Positions 33,746 to 41,161 of a DNA stretch of 41,161 nucleotides are shown here, piece by piece (position 1 is the stretch's first letter; every line of letters starts with the position of its first letter). The position numbers were made by a program, and so were the translations under genes. Under the pieces are notes generated by a model. That model saw only the letters and a list, made by a program, of their open reading frames with translations. It was not told the origin of the DNA and searched no databases. The DNA lies in contig CAZPAS010000002.1 of NCBI GenBank assembly GCA_964584575.1, positions 5,826-46,986 of the forward strand, read 5' to 3'. The stretch comes from an uncultured Dehalococcoidaceae bacterium. GTDB lineage: Bacteria; Chloroflexota; Dehalococcoidia; Dehalococcoidales; RBG-16-60-22.

Positions 33746-34984
33746 GTGAAAATCATCCACTTTGCCGATTTACACCTGGGTGTGGAGAATTACGGAAAAA
33801 TCGACCCCGAAACAGGGCTGTCCTCGCGCTTAGGCGACTTCCTTTCGGCGCTCGACCAGCTCGTCGATTACTCCCTGGAAAACAAGGCCGACCTAGTGCT
33901 CTTCTGCGGGGACGCCTACAAGACCCGCGAGCCCAGCCAGACCCAGCAGCGGGAATTCGCCAGGCGCATTAATCGGCTGGCATCCAGTAATATCCCGGTA
34001 TTCCTGCTGGCAGGCAACCATGATATGCCCAACGCCAGCTGGCGCGCCACCACTACCGAAATTTATCACACCCTGGCAGTGAAGAATATCTACGTATCGT
34101 CCAACAAGCCAGATACCTACAATATTCCCACGGCAAGCGGCACCGTGCAGGTGGTCGCCGTGCCCTGGCTGAGGCGCAGCACCCTGCTTAATCGCGAGGA
34201 CTATAAAAACCTGACCCTGGAGCAGGTCAACGAGCGAATGCAGGAGGCTTTAACCCAGGTCATCTCGGAAAAAGCCGCCGCCCTCGACCCGTCCCTGCCT
34301 GCCGTGCTCGCCGCCCATCTCTGGGTTACCGGAGCAAAGGTAGGCTCGGAGAGCATGATGACCATCGGGCAGGAGCCCGCCGTACTGCTCAGTAATATCG
34401 CCCTGCCGGATTTCGATTACGTGGCGCTGGGGCATATTCACAAGCACCAGGTGCTCCGGGAAAATCCTCCGGTCGTCTATTCCGGCAGTCTGGAACGCGT
34501 GGACTTCGGGGAGGAGAACGACGACAAAGGGTTCTACGTGGTGGATATCGTGCCGGACGCGACGACCGGGAAAAGGCGGGTCTCTTACGATTTCCACCCC
34601 GTCAACGCCCGCCGCTTTCTTACCATAGACGTCGCCCCGGCAGCCGACGACCTCGACCCCACCGCCACCGTGGTAAAAGCTATCAACCAGCAGACAACCG
34701 GCGTCCGGGACGCCGTGGTGCGCCTGAAAATCAACCTGCCGTCATCCCTCGAAGGACAGCTGCGCAACAACGAAATCAACGACGCTCTGAAGGAAGCCCA
34801 CTACGCCACCGTCGCCCGTGAAGTCCAGCGCGAGACCCGCCTGAGACTGGGCGATGCTGCCGGCGAGGAAATCCAGCCAATTGCCGCCCTGGAAGCCTGG
34901 CTGGATAAGCAGCAGATTTCACCGGAAAGGCGCGCGCTCCTGCTGGAATACGGGGAGAAGCTGATAGAGGGAGACGGCGACTAA
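33746..34984 (+). CDS. sbcD: exonuclease SbcD/Mre11-type metallophosphoesterase
   Basis: MKIIHFADLHLG, LFCGDAY, LAGNHD and GHIH motifs. Confidence 0.85.
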   Translation: MKIIHFADLHLGVENYGKIDPETGLSSRLGDFLSALDQLVDYSLENKADLVLFCGDAYKTREPSQTQQREFARRINRLASSNIPVFLLAGNHDMPNASWRATTTEIYHTLAVKNIYVSSNKPDTYNIPTASGTVQVVAVPWLRRSTLLNREDYKNLTLEQVNERMQEALTQVISEKAAALDPSLPAVLAAHLWVTGAKVGSESMMTIGQEPAVLLSNIALPDFDYVALGHIHKHQVLRENPPVVYSGSLERVDFGEENDDKGFYVVDIVPDATTGKRRVSYDFHPVNARRFLTIDVAPAADDLDPTATVVKAINQQTTGVRDAVVRLKINLPSSLEGQLRNNEINDALKEAHYATVAREVQRETRLRLGDAAGEEIQPIAALEAWLDKQQISPERRALLLEYGEKLIEGDGD

Positions 34985-34991
34985 ATTACGG

Positions 34992-36230
34992 TCAGGAAAC
35001 CTGCGTTTCTTCCTGATAATGGTCCTTGGCGTCGTAGATGAAGAACGCCGTAATAATCGCCACTATGGTAACGCCGATTGAAGCCCAGGTAAACATTGTC
35101 TGGAAGCCGAACCTTTCCAGCAGGTAACCGCCGGGCAACACGAATATAGCCCCGGTATACTGCATCGTAGAGTAGTAAACGCCGAATATCTTGGAGCGAT
35201 GTTTGGCGGGAGCCTGGGTCATGATAAAAACCTCGGTTACCGGCATGCGTATAGCCATAATCAGACCCTGGAAAAACAACACAATGTAAAGGCTGGGACC
35301 CAGTTCCACCAGTTTAAAGGCGTAAATCAGCACGCCGGACAGGATACCCGTGGCAATGATTACCTTAATACTGCCGATTTTATCCGAGATATAGCCGCCG
35401 ACCGGACCCGCCCATAACCCCGAGGAAAACACGACCGACATCAGTCCGCCGGCGAGAGCGTTGGACGCCCCCAGTTCGTCCGTCATAAATAGAGTCAGGA
35501 AAGGCATCACCGACATGCTGATACCGCCGCCGACCACCATCATCGTCAGAAAGGCAATCAGGCGCCGCTTATAGCCGGGCTGGGGAGGACTCTCCTCGGT
35601 GATTTGCTTCTTAACCGTTTGCACGTGCGCCCTGCCGCCGTGGCGCGCCAGATAGAACCAGAAAATGAGGGCGAATATGACCGTCGGTGCCGCCAGGATG
35701 AGGTACGAGTACCGCCAGCCAGCCGTCTCACCGAAGGCACCCACGATGGCGGCGGCGATAATCGGTGTAACGAAGAAGGCGGAGTTGCCGCCGACCAGGT
35801 GAAAACCGAGTGCCCGTCCGCGCTGCTGGTCCGGTACCGATGCCGAGATAAGCGGCGTTGCTGCCGGATGATAGCCCCCGGATAAAAGCCCCATCAGCAT
35901 CAGGGCAACCAATAACATAACGAAGTTGGTGGAAAGCCCGACGAGAACACCGGCGACGGCTACCCCCAGGGTGCCTATCATAATTAAAGGAACGGGTCCG
36001 TAACGGTCGGCGAACCAGCCCGCCGGCAGCTGTCCCGTGGCGCTGGAAAGAGCAAAAGCCATCGGTATCGCGGAAGCCTTGGTATATGTCTCGATATTAA
36101 AATAATCGCGCATAGCAGGGAACAGCGGCTGCTGTAACGCCATCAGGAAATGATGTGCGGCGTGCGCAATGATAAAAAACGGTAGAGAACGCCAGAGAAA
36201 CGAACGTTTGTTAGATTCGGATTGTGTAAT
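34992..36230 (-). CDS. MFS transporter, probable ATT start at 36230 (first ATG at 36143)
   Basis: Polytopic MFS pattern. TM1 (SLPFFIIAHAAHHFL) is encoded upstream of the first ATG in an open frame with no ATG, GTG or TTG. Confidence 0.8.
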   Translation of the reverse strand: MTQSESNKRSFLWRSLPFFIIAHAAHHFLMALQQPLFPAMRDYFNIETYTKASAIPMAFALSSATGQLPAGWFADRYGPVPLIMIGTLGVAVAGVLVGLSTNFVMLLVALMLMGLLSGGYHPAATPLISASVPDQQRGRALGFHLVGGNSAFFVTPIIAAAIVGAFGETAGWRYSYLILAAPTVIFALIFWFYLARHGGRAHVQTVKKQITEESPPQPGYKRRLIAFLTMMVVGGGISMSVMPFLTLFMTDELGASNALAGGLMSVVFSSGLWAGPVGGYISDKIGSIKVIIATGILSGVLIYAFKLVELGPSLYIVLFFQGLIMAIRMPVTEVFIMTQAPAKHRSKIFGVYYSTMQYTGAIFVLPGGYLLERFGFQTMFTWASIGVTIVAIITAFFIYDAKDHYQEETQVS

Positions 36231-36495
36231 CGTCTCTTCCTTTCAAAATCACTGTATGCCTGCAGGGATACGGCATACCAATTACATTGATTAAAACCGA
36301 GGACCGGAGCTATATCGTGATACGAGGGAAAAACTCCGAATCAAGCTAATTATATAATTATCTTTAATATATTACAATATATCGCCTTCCCTGCCATTTA
36401 TCTCGATTTCCGGTTATACGGTTGCAGATTCTCGTCTATATATGTTACAAAATAACTGACCGCGTACAGTGCAGGAGACCATGGGAGACAGATGA

Positions 36496-37017
36496 ATGAC
36501 ACGGGGAAAACCGTCCGAAAACGAGCCTGAAATCCTGGAAATGCCCGCCCAGAAAATGGCGGCAATTTACGCCAGGGGCAAGCCGGGAGAGGTATTTCCA
36601 CGGGTGCTGCCGGTACTTTACAGCTCTGTTTCTTTTCTTAAATTCGACCGTAAAAAAAGCGGCGGTAGTGATGCTTTTAAAATCGGCGGACTGCGCGCCC
36701 GCTACCCCGATGCCCACTTCACCCCCGTGGAAGAGTGGACGAACGTCATCGGCATGCCGGTGCCGGAAGATACCACGTTTCTACCGCAAAAAGTCGGCGG
36801 CGCCGAGGTAAAAATAGAGAGATGGGAATACGGCACGGTCGCCCAGATTCTGCACCACGGCTCGTATGATAACGAAGGAAACGCGGTGGAACGCCTGCTC
36901 CGCTTCATCATCGATAATGGCTACGAGATAATCGGCGTACACGAGGAGGAATACGTTACCAGCCCGGATGCCAAATCCCCCAGAGTCATAATCAGGTATA
37001 GAGTGAGAAAGAAATAG
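36496..37017 (+). CDS. GyrI-like small-molecule-binding domain protein
   Basis: PEILEMPAQKMAAIYARG ... ILHHGSYDNEGNAVERLLRFIIDNGYEIIGVHEEEYVTSP pattern. Confidence 0.7.
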   Translation: MTRGKPSENEPEILEMPAQKMAAIYARGKPGEVFPRVLPVLYSSVSFLKFDRKKSGGSDAFKIGGLRARYPDAHFTPVEEWTNVIGMPVPEDTTFLPQKVGGAEVKIERWEYGTVAQILHHGSYDNEGNAVERLLRFIIDNGYEIIGVHEEEYVTSPDAKSPRVIIRYRVRKK

Positions 37018-37053
37018 AAATCCGGGAAATGTATTCAATTACTCTTTATCCTG

Positions 37054-37089
37054 TTGACAATCGTGTCCTGATATGTTACGATATATCGT
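37054..37089 (+). promoter_or_regulatory. promoter TTGACA-17 nt-TACGAT overlapped by the 12-bp palindrome ACGATATATCGT (37078-37089), candidate PadR operator
   Basis: Read directly. TGTTAC direct repeats flank the palindrome. Confidence 0.5.
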
Positions 37090-37115
37090 GATGTGTTACA
37101 GGGAGGCTGGATATT

Positions 37116-37613
37116 ATGTTTAACAGGCACTTTCCCCCGTTCGAACGTCATTCGCGTCTCTTTGAAAAAGGCGACCTGAAATACGTTATCCTGAATCTTC
37201 TCAAGGACAAGCCGAGTCACGGCTACGAGATTATCCGCGCCATGGAAGACACCTTCCACGGCTTTTACACGCCCAGCGCCGGAAGCGTTTACCCCACCCT
37301 CCAGATGCTTGACGACATGAACTATGTCAGCTCCTCGGAGCGGGACGGCAAGAAGGTTTATACCATTACCGACGAGGGTAAGAAATTCCTTAAAGAGCAG
37401 AAGGAAGTCATCGAAAAGATAAAGGCCCAGATGAAAGACTGGTGGGGAACACGCGACCATGAGGAATTTCACGAGTCCATCCGTGAACTCAAGAACCTGG
37501 GAGAAATAATTCATCATAAAGCCCCATTCCTGCCGCCGGAGAAATGGGCGGATATAAAAGAAATCATTTCCCGCGCCTACCGTGAAGTCGAAGATATCAT
37601 GGGGAAAGAATAA
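37116..37613 (+). CDS. PadR-family transcriptional regulator
   Basis: LKYVILNLLKDKPSHGYEI...SAGSVYPTLQMLDD pattern. GGGAGG SD. Confidence 0.9.
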   Translation: MFNRHFPPFERHSRLFEKGDLKYVILNLLKDKPSHGYEIIRAMEDTFHGFYTPSAGSVYPTLQMLDDMNYVSSSERDGKKVYTITDEGKKFLKEQKEVIEKIKAQMKDWWGTRDHEEFHESIRELKNLGEIIHHKAPFLPPEKWADIKEIISRAYREVEDIMGKE

Positions 37614-37620
37614 TACTTAC

Positions 37621-38610
37621 GTGCCGGAACATATCATTCAGGTAGAAAACCTGGTTAAAAAATACGGGCCTCTGGTAGCCGTTGACGATGTAAGCTTCAA
37701 CGTTGAGCAGGGCGAGATATTCGGTTTTCTGGGTCCCAACGGCGCCGGCAAGACCACCACTATCAACATACTGTGCACCCTCGCCAGGCCTACCTCCGGC
37801 AAGGCTACCCTCAACGGGTTCGACGTGGTAAGTCACCCGAACCAGGTGCGCCAATCCATCGGACTCGTGTTTCAGGACTCAAGCCTCGACGACCGACTTT
37901 CCGCTCTGCACAACCTGCGATTCCACGCCATGGTCTACAACGTACCCGCGTCTGTACGCGAAGAGCGCATCGAGCAGGTACTCAAGATGGTCGACCTCTG
38001 GGACAGGCGTAAAAAGAACGTACGCACCTATTCCGGCGGCATGAAACGCCGCCTGGAACTCGCCAGAGGCCTGCTGCACTATCCCAAGGTACTGTTCCTG
38101 GACGAGCCGACGCTGGGACTGGACCCTCAGACACGCAACCATATCTGGGAATACGTGCTGGCGCTCCGCAAGCGCGAGGGCACCACCGTTTTCCTGACCA
38201 CCCATTATATGGACGAGGCGGAGAAAGCCAGCCGCATCGCCATCATCGACCACGGCAAGCTGGTAGCCATGGACACTCCGTTGAAACTCAAGCGCATGGT
38301 GGGCCAGGACATCGTTTCCGTGAAAACCGACGACGATACGAAAGCCGCCGAGGAGATTACCTCCCGCTACCAGACCGAGGTACGGAAGGACGGCGACCAG
38401 CTTACGTTTACCGTGGACAATGGGGAAGAGTTCCTGCCGGTATTCATCAAGGAGTCCGGCATCAAGATAATCAGCATCAGCCTGCGCCGCCCCACGCTGG
38501 AGGACGTCTTCCTCAAGCTTACCGGGCGTGAAATCCGCGAGGAGTTTATAGGCGGCTCTCTCATAGAAATGATGAAGCAGCACGGCGGCAGGCGTATGCC
38601 GCCCCACTAG
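37621..38610 (+). CDS. ABC transporter ATP-binding protein (DrrA-like)
   Basis: Walker A GPNGAGKTT, signature YSGGMKRR, Walker B VLFLDEP. GTG 37621 is preferred because GTG 37582 overlaps padR. Confidence 0.9.
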   Translation: MPEHIIQVENLVKKYGPLVAVDDVSFNVEQGEIFGFLGPNGAGKTTTINILCTLARPTSGKATLNGFDVVSHPNQVRQSIGLVFQDSSLDDRLSALHNLRFHAMVYNVPASVREERIEQVLKMVDLWDRRKKNVRTYSGGMKRRLELARGLLHYPKVLFLDEPTLGLDPQTRNHIWEYVLALRKREGTTVFLTTHYMDEAEKASRIAIIDHGKLVAMDTPLKLKRMVGQDIVSVKTDDDTKAAEEITSRYQTEVRKDGDQLTFTVDNGEEFLPVFIKESGIKIISISLRRPTLEDVFLKLTGREIREEFIGGSLIEMMKQHGGRRMPPH

Positions 38611-38622
38611 GAAAAATAAAGA

Positions 38623-39411
38623 ATGAATAACTTAATCGGCGTCTATACCATCTGGTACCGGGACGTGCTGCGTTTCTGGCAGGACAAAACCCGCATGTTG
38701 AGCGCGCTGCTTTTCCCTCTTTTCTTCCTCTTTATCTTCGGCAGCGGGCTGCGGGGCAGTATCGGCATGATGGGTGGCGGCGTGGACTTCATCCAGTTCA
38801 TGTACCCCGGCATCATCGGCATGTCCGTACTGATGGGGGCTTTCATGTCCGGCGTGTCCATCGTCTGGGACCGGGAGTTCGGCTTCCTGAAAGAGGTGCT
38901 GGTGGCGCCCATCAGTCGCGTCTCGGTGGCACTGGGCAGGACGCTCGGTTCGGCGACCGTCGCCACCGTACAGGGAGTGATGATACTGGTGCTGGCACCG
39001 GTTATCAAGGTATCTCTCTCCGTCTGGATGGTGCTGGCACTGATACCGCTGATGTTCCTGCTGGCAGCTTCCATGGGCTCGCTGGGCATCCTGCTGGCGT
39101 CGCGCATTAAGTCCACGGAGGCTTTCCAGGCTATCATGCAGATGCTGATGTTCCCCATGATGTTCCTCTCCGGGGTGTTCTTCCCCGTGAACGACTTGCC
39201 AGCCTGGATGAGCTTTATCGTCAAAATAAACCCGGCTTCCTACGGTGTGGCCACTATCCGCGCCGTAGTCCTGGGAAATCCACCGGAAAACCCCTTCACC
39301 CTCTACCTGTTCGGCCACGCCATGAGCATCTGGGAAAACATCATGGTAATGGCGGCGTTCGGCTTCATCATGATTATCCTGGCAATGTGGTCGTTCGGCC
39401 GGCAGGAATAA
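38623..39411 (+). CDS. ABC-2 type transporter permease
   Basis: Six TM segments and position after the ATPase gene. Confidence 0.85.
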   Translation: MNNLIGVYTIWYRDVLRFWQDKTRMLSALLFPLFFLFIFGSGLRGSIGMMGGGVDFIQFMYPGIIGMSVLMGAFMSGVSIVWDREFGFLKEVLVAPISRVSVALGRTLGSATVATVQGVMILVLAPVIKVSLSVWMVLALIPLMFLLAASMGSLGILLASRIKSTEAFQAIMQMLMFPMMFLSGVFFPVNDLPAWMSFIVKINPASYGVATIRAVVLGNPPENPFTLYLFGHAMSIWENIMVMAAFGFIMIILAMWSFGRQE

Positions 39412-39450
39412 AAAAACAGCCAGCGAATGGATTCGAACCATCGACCGGCG
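39410..39450. repeat. orphan copy of the tRNA-Thr 3' end plus downstream A-run (left direct repeat)
   Basis: 41/41 identity with 41081-41121. Contains the T-arm string GGATTCGAACC on the plus strand. Confidence 0.9.
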
Positions 39451-39515
39451 TTTTTGCCAGCTTGTTCCCCTTGGTGACCTTCAGAAAATGCCTCCACGAA
39501 ATTCATGTATACTCA

Positions 39516-39544
39516 TTGACATTACCATAGCTAATGTCTATCAT
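39516..39544 (+). promoter_or_regulatory. promoter TTGACA-17 nt-TATCAT upstream of rdhA
   Basis: Consensus -35 with 17-nt spacing, read directly. Implies a leader of roughly 115 nt. Confidence 0.5.
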
Positions 39545-39666
39545 GTTGAAAACGCCAGCACAAAGTTTCATCAAGTGCGTAGAGGCATGGTGATTTACCT
39601 CATATCCGAACGAACGGGAAATCCCTTAATCAAGCGGTTGGTACCAGCGGAAACAGAAAGGAGCGC

Positions 39667-41049
39667 ATGGTGATGAAGTATCACGGCCCAGAGCGTAAAA
39701 GCATGACATTTGGTGAGGAGAGAGGCATTGACGGCGGTGGTTCAGGCCCCTCGAGATACCATGACCTTGATGATTTTAAAGCATCACCGGCAGCGGAGAG
39801 GAAATTACCGTGGTGGATAAAGGAAGTTGATAAACCGACCGTAGAAATTGACTGGGGTCGAATGAAGCGCTTTGATTCCAGTAATATCATGTTTGTTAAG
39901 GGTTTTGCTGAAGCTATCGGTCCCGATAATGCCATGAAATTGGGGGGACAAGCGGTAGAGTACGCAACCAAATCCATATTAGAAAACGAGCCGGGGTACT
40001 CCCTGAGGGAAAAGGCATTGGTCGCCGGCGGCTGGCTGACATCGCTCTTAACCACGGAACATGCGTTCCTCGGTCCCGAACTAATGGTTCCTTTCGGCAT
40101 GTCAGGCATACCTGACGACCTTAAATACCCTCGCTATGAGGGTACGCCCGAGGAAAATACACGAATGGTCCGGGCTGCAGCAAAACTTTACGGAGCCGAT
40201 TCCGTCGGTGTTGTAGAACTCGATGAGAATACCCGAAAACTGATTTATGAATTCGACGGCTGGGATGGGAAAAAGTGGGAATTCGAGGATGTAGACAAAG
40301 CGTACGAAACGGAAAAGAAGAAGGTGATACCTTATAAAGCGAAGTGGGTGATTGTATACACTATCCGCATGTCCGCGGCGTCCCTGGCTACCGCACCAAC
40401 AGCGCTGGCTACCGCCGCCTCATCGCTGGCCTATTCTGAAGGTACTTCCGTCCAGCTTCGCCTCCAGCAGTTTATACGCAGACTCGGCTATCAGTGTCTT
40501 GCCGACGGCAACATGGGTACTTCAGGTAACAGTCCCGGCTTTGGCGTACTTGCCGGGCTGGGTGAGTTAAGTCGTTTGAACAGGATGCTTTCCCCCAGGT
40601 GGGGGCCCTTCGTGCGGGTATACAAGGTGATTACCGATTTGCCACTGGCTCCTACTAAACCAATAGATGCCGGGATATTTCGCTTTTGCCGTGATTGTAA
40701 GAAGTGTGCCGAGGTCTGTCCGAGCAATGCTCTCAGCATGGATAAAGAACCATCTTGGGAGATCCAAGGACACTGGAACAACGCCGGCGTCAGGACTTAC
40801 TACGAGAAAGCCCCTAATTGTTTTTCACATTGGCTGAGTATAGGCGGTCATGATTGCGGTATCTGCCTCGCTGCCTGTCCCTTTTCCAAGCTGGATAAAT
40901 CGTTCATACACATACACAACATGGTGAGGGAAATTGTGTCTACTACCCCTGTATTTAATAAAATGTTCAGAAAGCTGGACACAGACCAAGGTTACGGAAT
41001 GTCGCCTGAATCATGGTGGGACACTGACCTGCCTCCGCACGGAATATAA
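39667..41049 (+). CDS. rdhA: reductive dehalogenase homologue (RdhA-like corrinoid/Fe-S protein) lacking a Tat signal
   Basis: YHDLDDF...KLPWWIKEVDKPTVEIDWGRMKRFD N-terminal region, and Fe-S motifs CRDCKKCAEVCP and C..(11)..CGICLAACP. Confidence 0.85.
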   Translation: MVMKYHGPERKSMTFGEERGIDGGGSGPSRYHDLDDFKASPAAERKLPWWIKEVDKPTVEIDWGRMKRFDSSNIMFVKGFAEAIGPDNAMKLGGQAVEYATKSILENEPGYSLREKALVAGGWLTSLLTTEHAFLGPELMVPFGMSGIPDDLKYPRYEGTPEENTRMVRAAAKLYGADSVGVVELDENTRKLIYEFDGWDGKKWEFEDVDKAYETEKKKVIPYKAKWVIVYTIRMSAASLATAPTALATAASSLAYSEGTSVQLRLQQFIRRLGYQCLADGNMGTSGNSPGFGVLAGLGELSRLNRMLSPRWGPFVRVYKVITDLPLAPTKPIDAGIFRFCRDCKKCAEVCPSNALSMDKEPSWEIQGHWNNAGVRTYYEKAPNCFSHWLSIGGHDCGICLAACPFSKLDKSFIHIHNMVREIVSTTPVFNKMFRKLDTDQGYGMSPESWWDTDLPPHGI

Positions 41050-41080
41050 TAATCCGTAAAACAACCTGAACGGCAGGCAG

Positions 41081-41121
41081 AAAAAAACAGCCAGCGAATG
41101 GATTCGAACCATCGACCGGCG
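41081..41121. repeat. right direct repeat, part of the intact tRNA-Thr and its downstream T-run
   Basis: 41/41 identity with 39410-39450. Confidence 0.9.
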
Positions 41122-41160
41122 GTTTACGAAACCGCTGCTCTACCCCTGAGCTACGCTGGC
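41089..41160 (-). tRNA. tRNA-Thr (anticodon CGU)
   Basis: The reverse complement folds as a cloverleaf: acceptor GCCAGCG/CGCTGGC, D-stem GCTC/GAGC, anticodon stem GCGGT/ACCGC with loop TTCGTAA, T-stem GATGG/CCATT with loop TTCGAAT. CCA is not encoded. Confidence 0.9.
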
Positions 41161-41161
41161 A

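Larger units (their letters stand above)
39451..41080 (+). mobile_element. about 1.6-kb single-gene rdhA cassette bounded by tRNA-derived direct repeats (integration scar or decayed island)
   Basis: Bracketed by the 41-nt direct repeats. Has its own promoter and more A/T-rich codon third positions by eye. No integrase is visible. Confidence 0.4.

Noticed and set aside
39551-39666. Possible cobalamin riboswitch in the rdhA leader.
   Set aside because: GGTGA and GGGAA strings occur, but there is no B12 box (GCCACUG-like). The leader is also much shorter than a cobalamin aptamer.
39488-39673. A 61-aa ORF upstream of rdhA as a candidate rdhB or detached Tat signal (contains VRRGMVIYLIS).
   Set aside because: It has no membrane-spanning segments and no S/T-RRxFLK context. 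Its start lies upstream of the predicted promoter, and it is in a different frame from rdhA with no sign of a frameshift join.
39451-41080. Integrase, transposase or IS element associated with the rdhA cassette.
   Set aside because: No ORF with integrase or transposase motifs exists between or next to the repeats within the window. Sequence beyond the tRNA is not available.

Overview
This 41-kb window is a densely coded, mostly housekeeping or accessory chromosomal fragment. I infer a Dehalococcoidia/Chloroflexota-like anaerobe from the respiratory-type rdhA homologue, the Actinobacteria/Chloroflexi-type VLRF1 gene and the anaerobe-style metallocluster genes. All family calls come from motifs read by eye; no search was run.

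Gene content, left to right:
- 46-6823: a same-strand string of poorly characterised metallocofactor-type genes (DUF169, DUF134, two DUF364, two NifX-like, DUF5320, a CoA-binding protein, Mrp/NBP35), followed by two methyltransferases.
- 6869-13134: an IclR regulator, a TRAP transporter (dctPQM) and three tandem DUF169 paralogues.
- 13193-16303: mutS2, followed 12 nt later by a Vms1-like (VLRF1) peptidyl-tRNA hydrolase homologue.
- 16300-20987: a sirtuin, then a feo operon (feoA-feoA fusion, feoB split into two ORFs, feoC-like, rubrerythrin-like), divergent from a DtxR-family regulator.
- 21055-26666: a steroid-5-alpha-reductase-like protein plus an SDR, and an ABC-2 system whose large permease carries a C-terminal CPBP-like domain.
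- 27088-36230: housekeeping genes (yjbQ, FmdB zinc ribbon, HIT, Moco oxidoreductase, glyQS, TMEM175-like channel, HAD, CPBP protease, sbcD, MFS).
- 36496-39411: a GyrI-like protein and a PadR-ABC export operon.
- 39400-41161: a single rdhA-like gene bracketed by a perfect 41-nt direct repeat of the 3' end of tRNA-Thr(CGU).

Most interesting observations:
1. The mutS2-VLRF1 pair may be a split-then-release ribosome rescue module.
2. The rdhA cassette is flanked by tRNA-Thr repeats, and the RdhA has no Tat signal and no rdhB partner.
3. Two candidate uncharacterised systems are built around DUF169, DUF364, DUF134 and NifX-like proteins.
4. Two genes keep an essential N-terminal motif only if they start at ATT.
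5. Several genes appear leaderless or nearly so.
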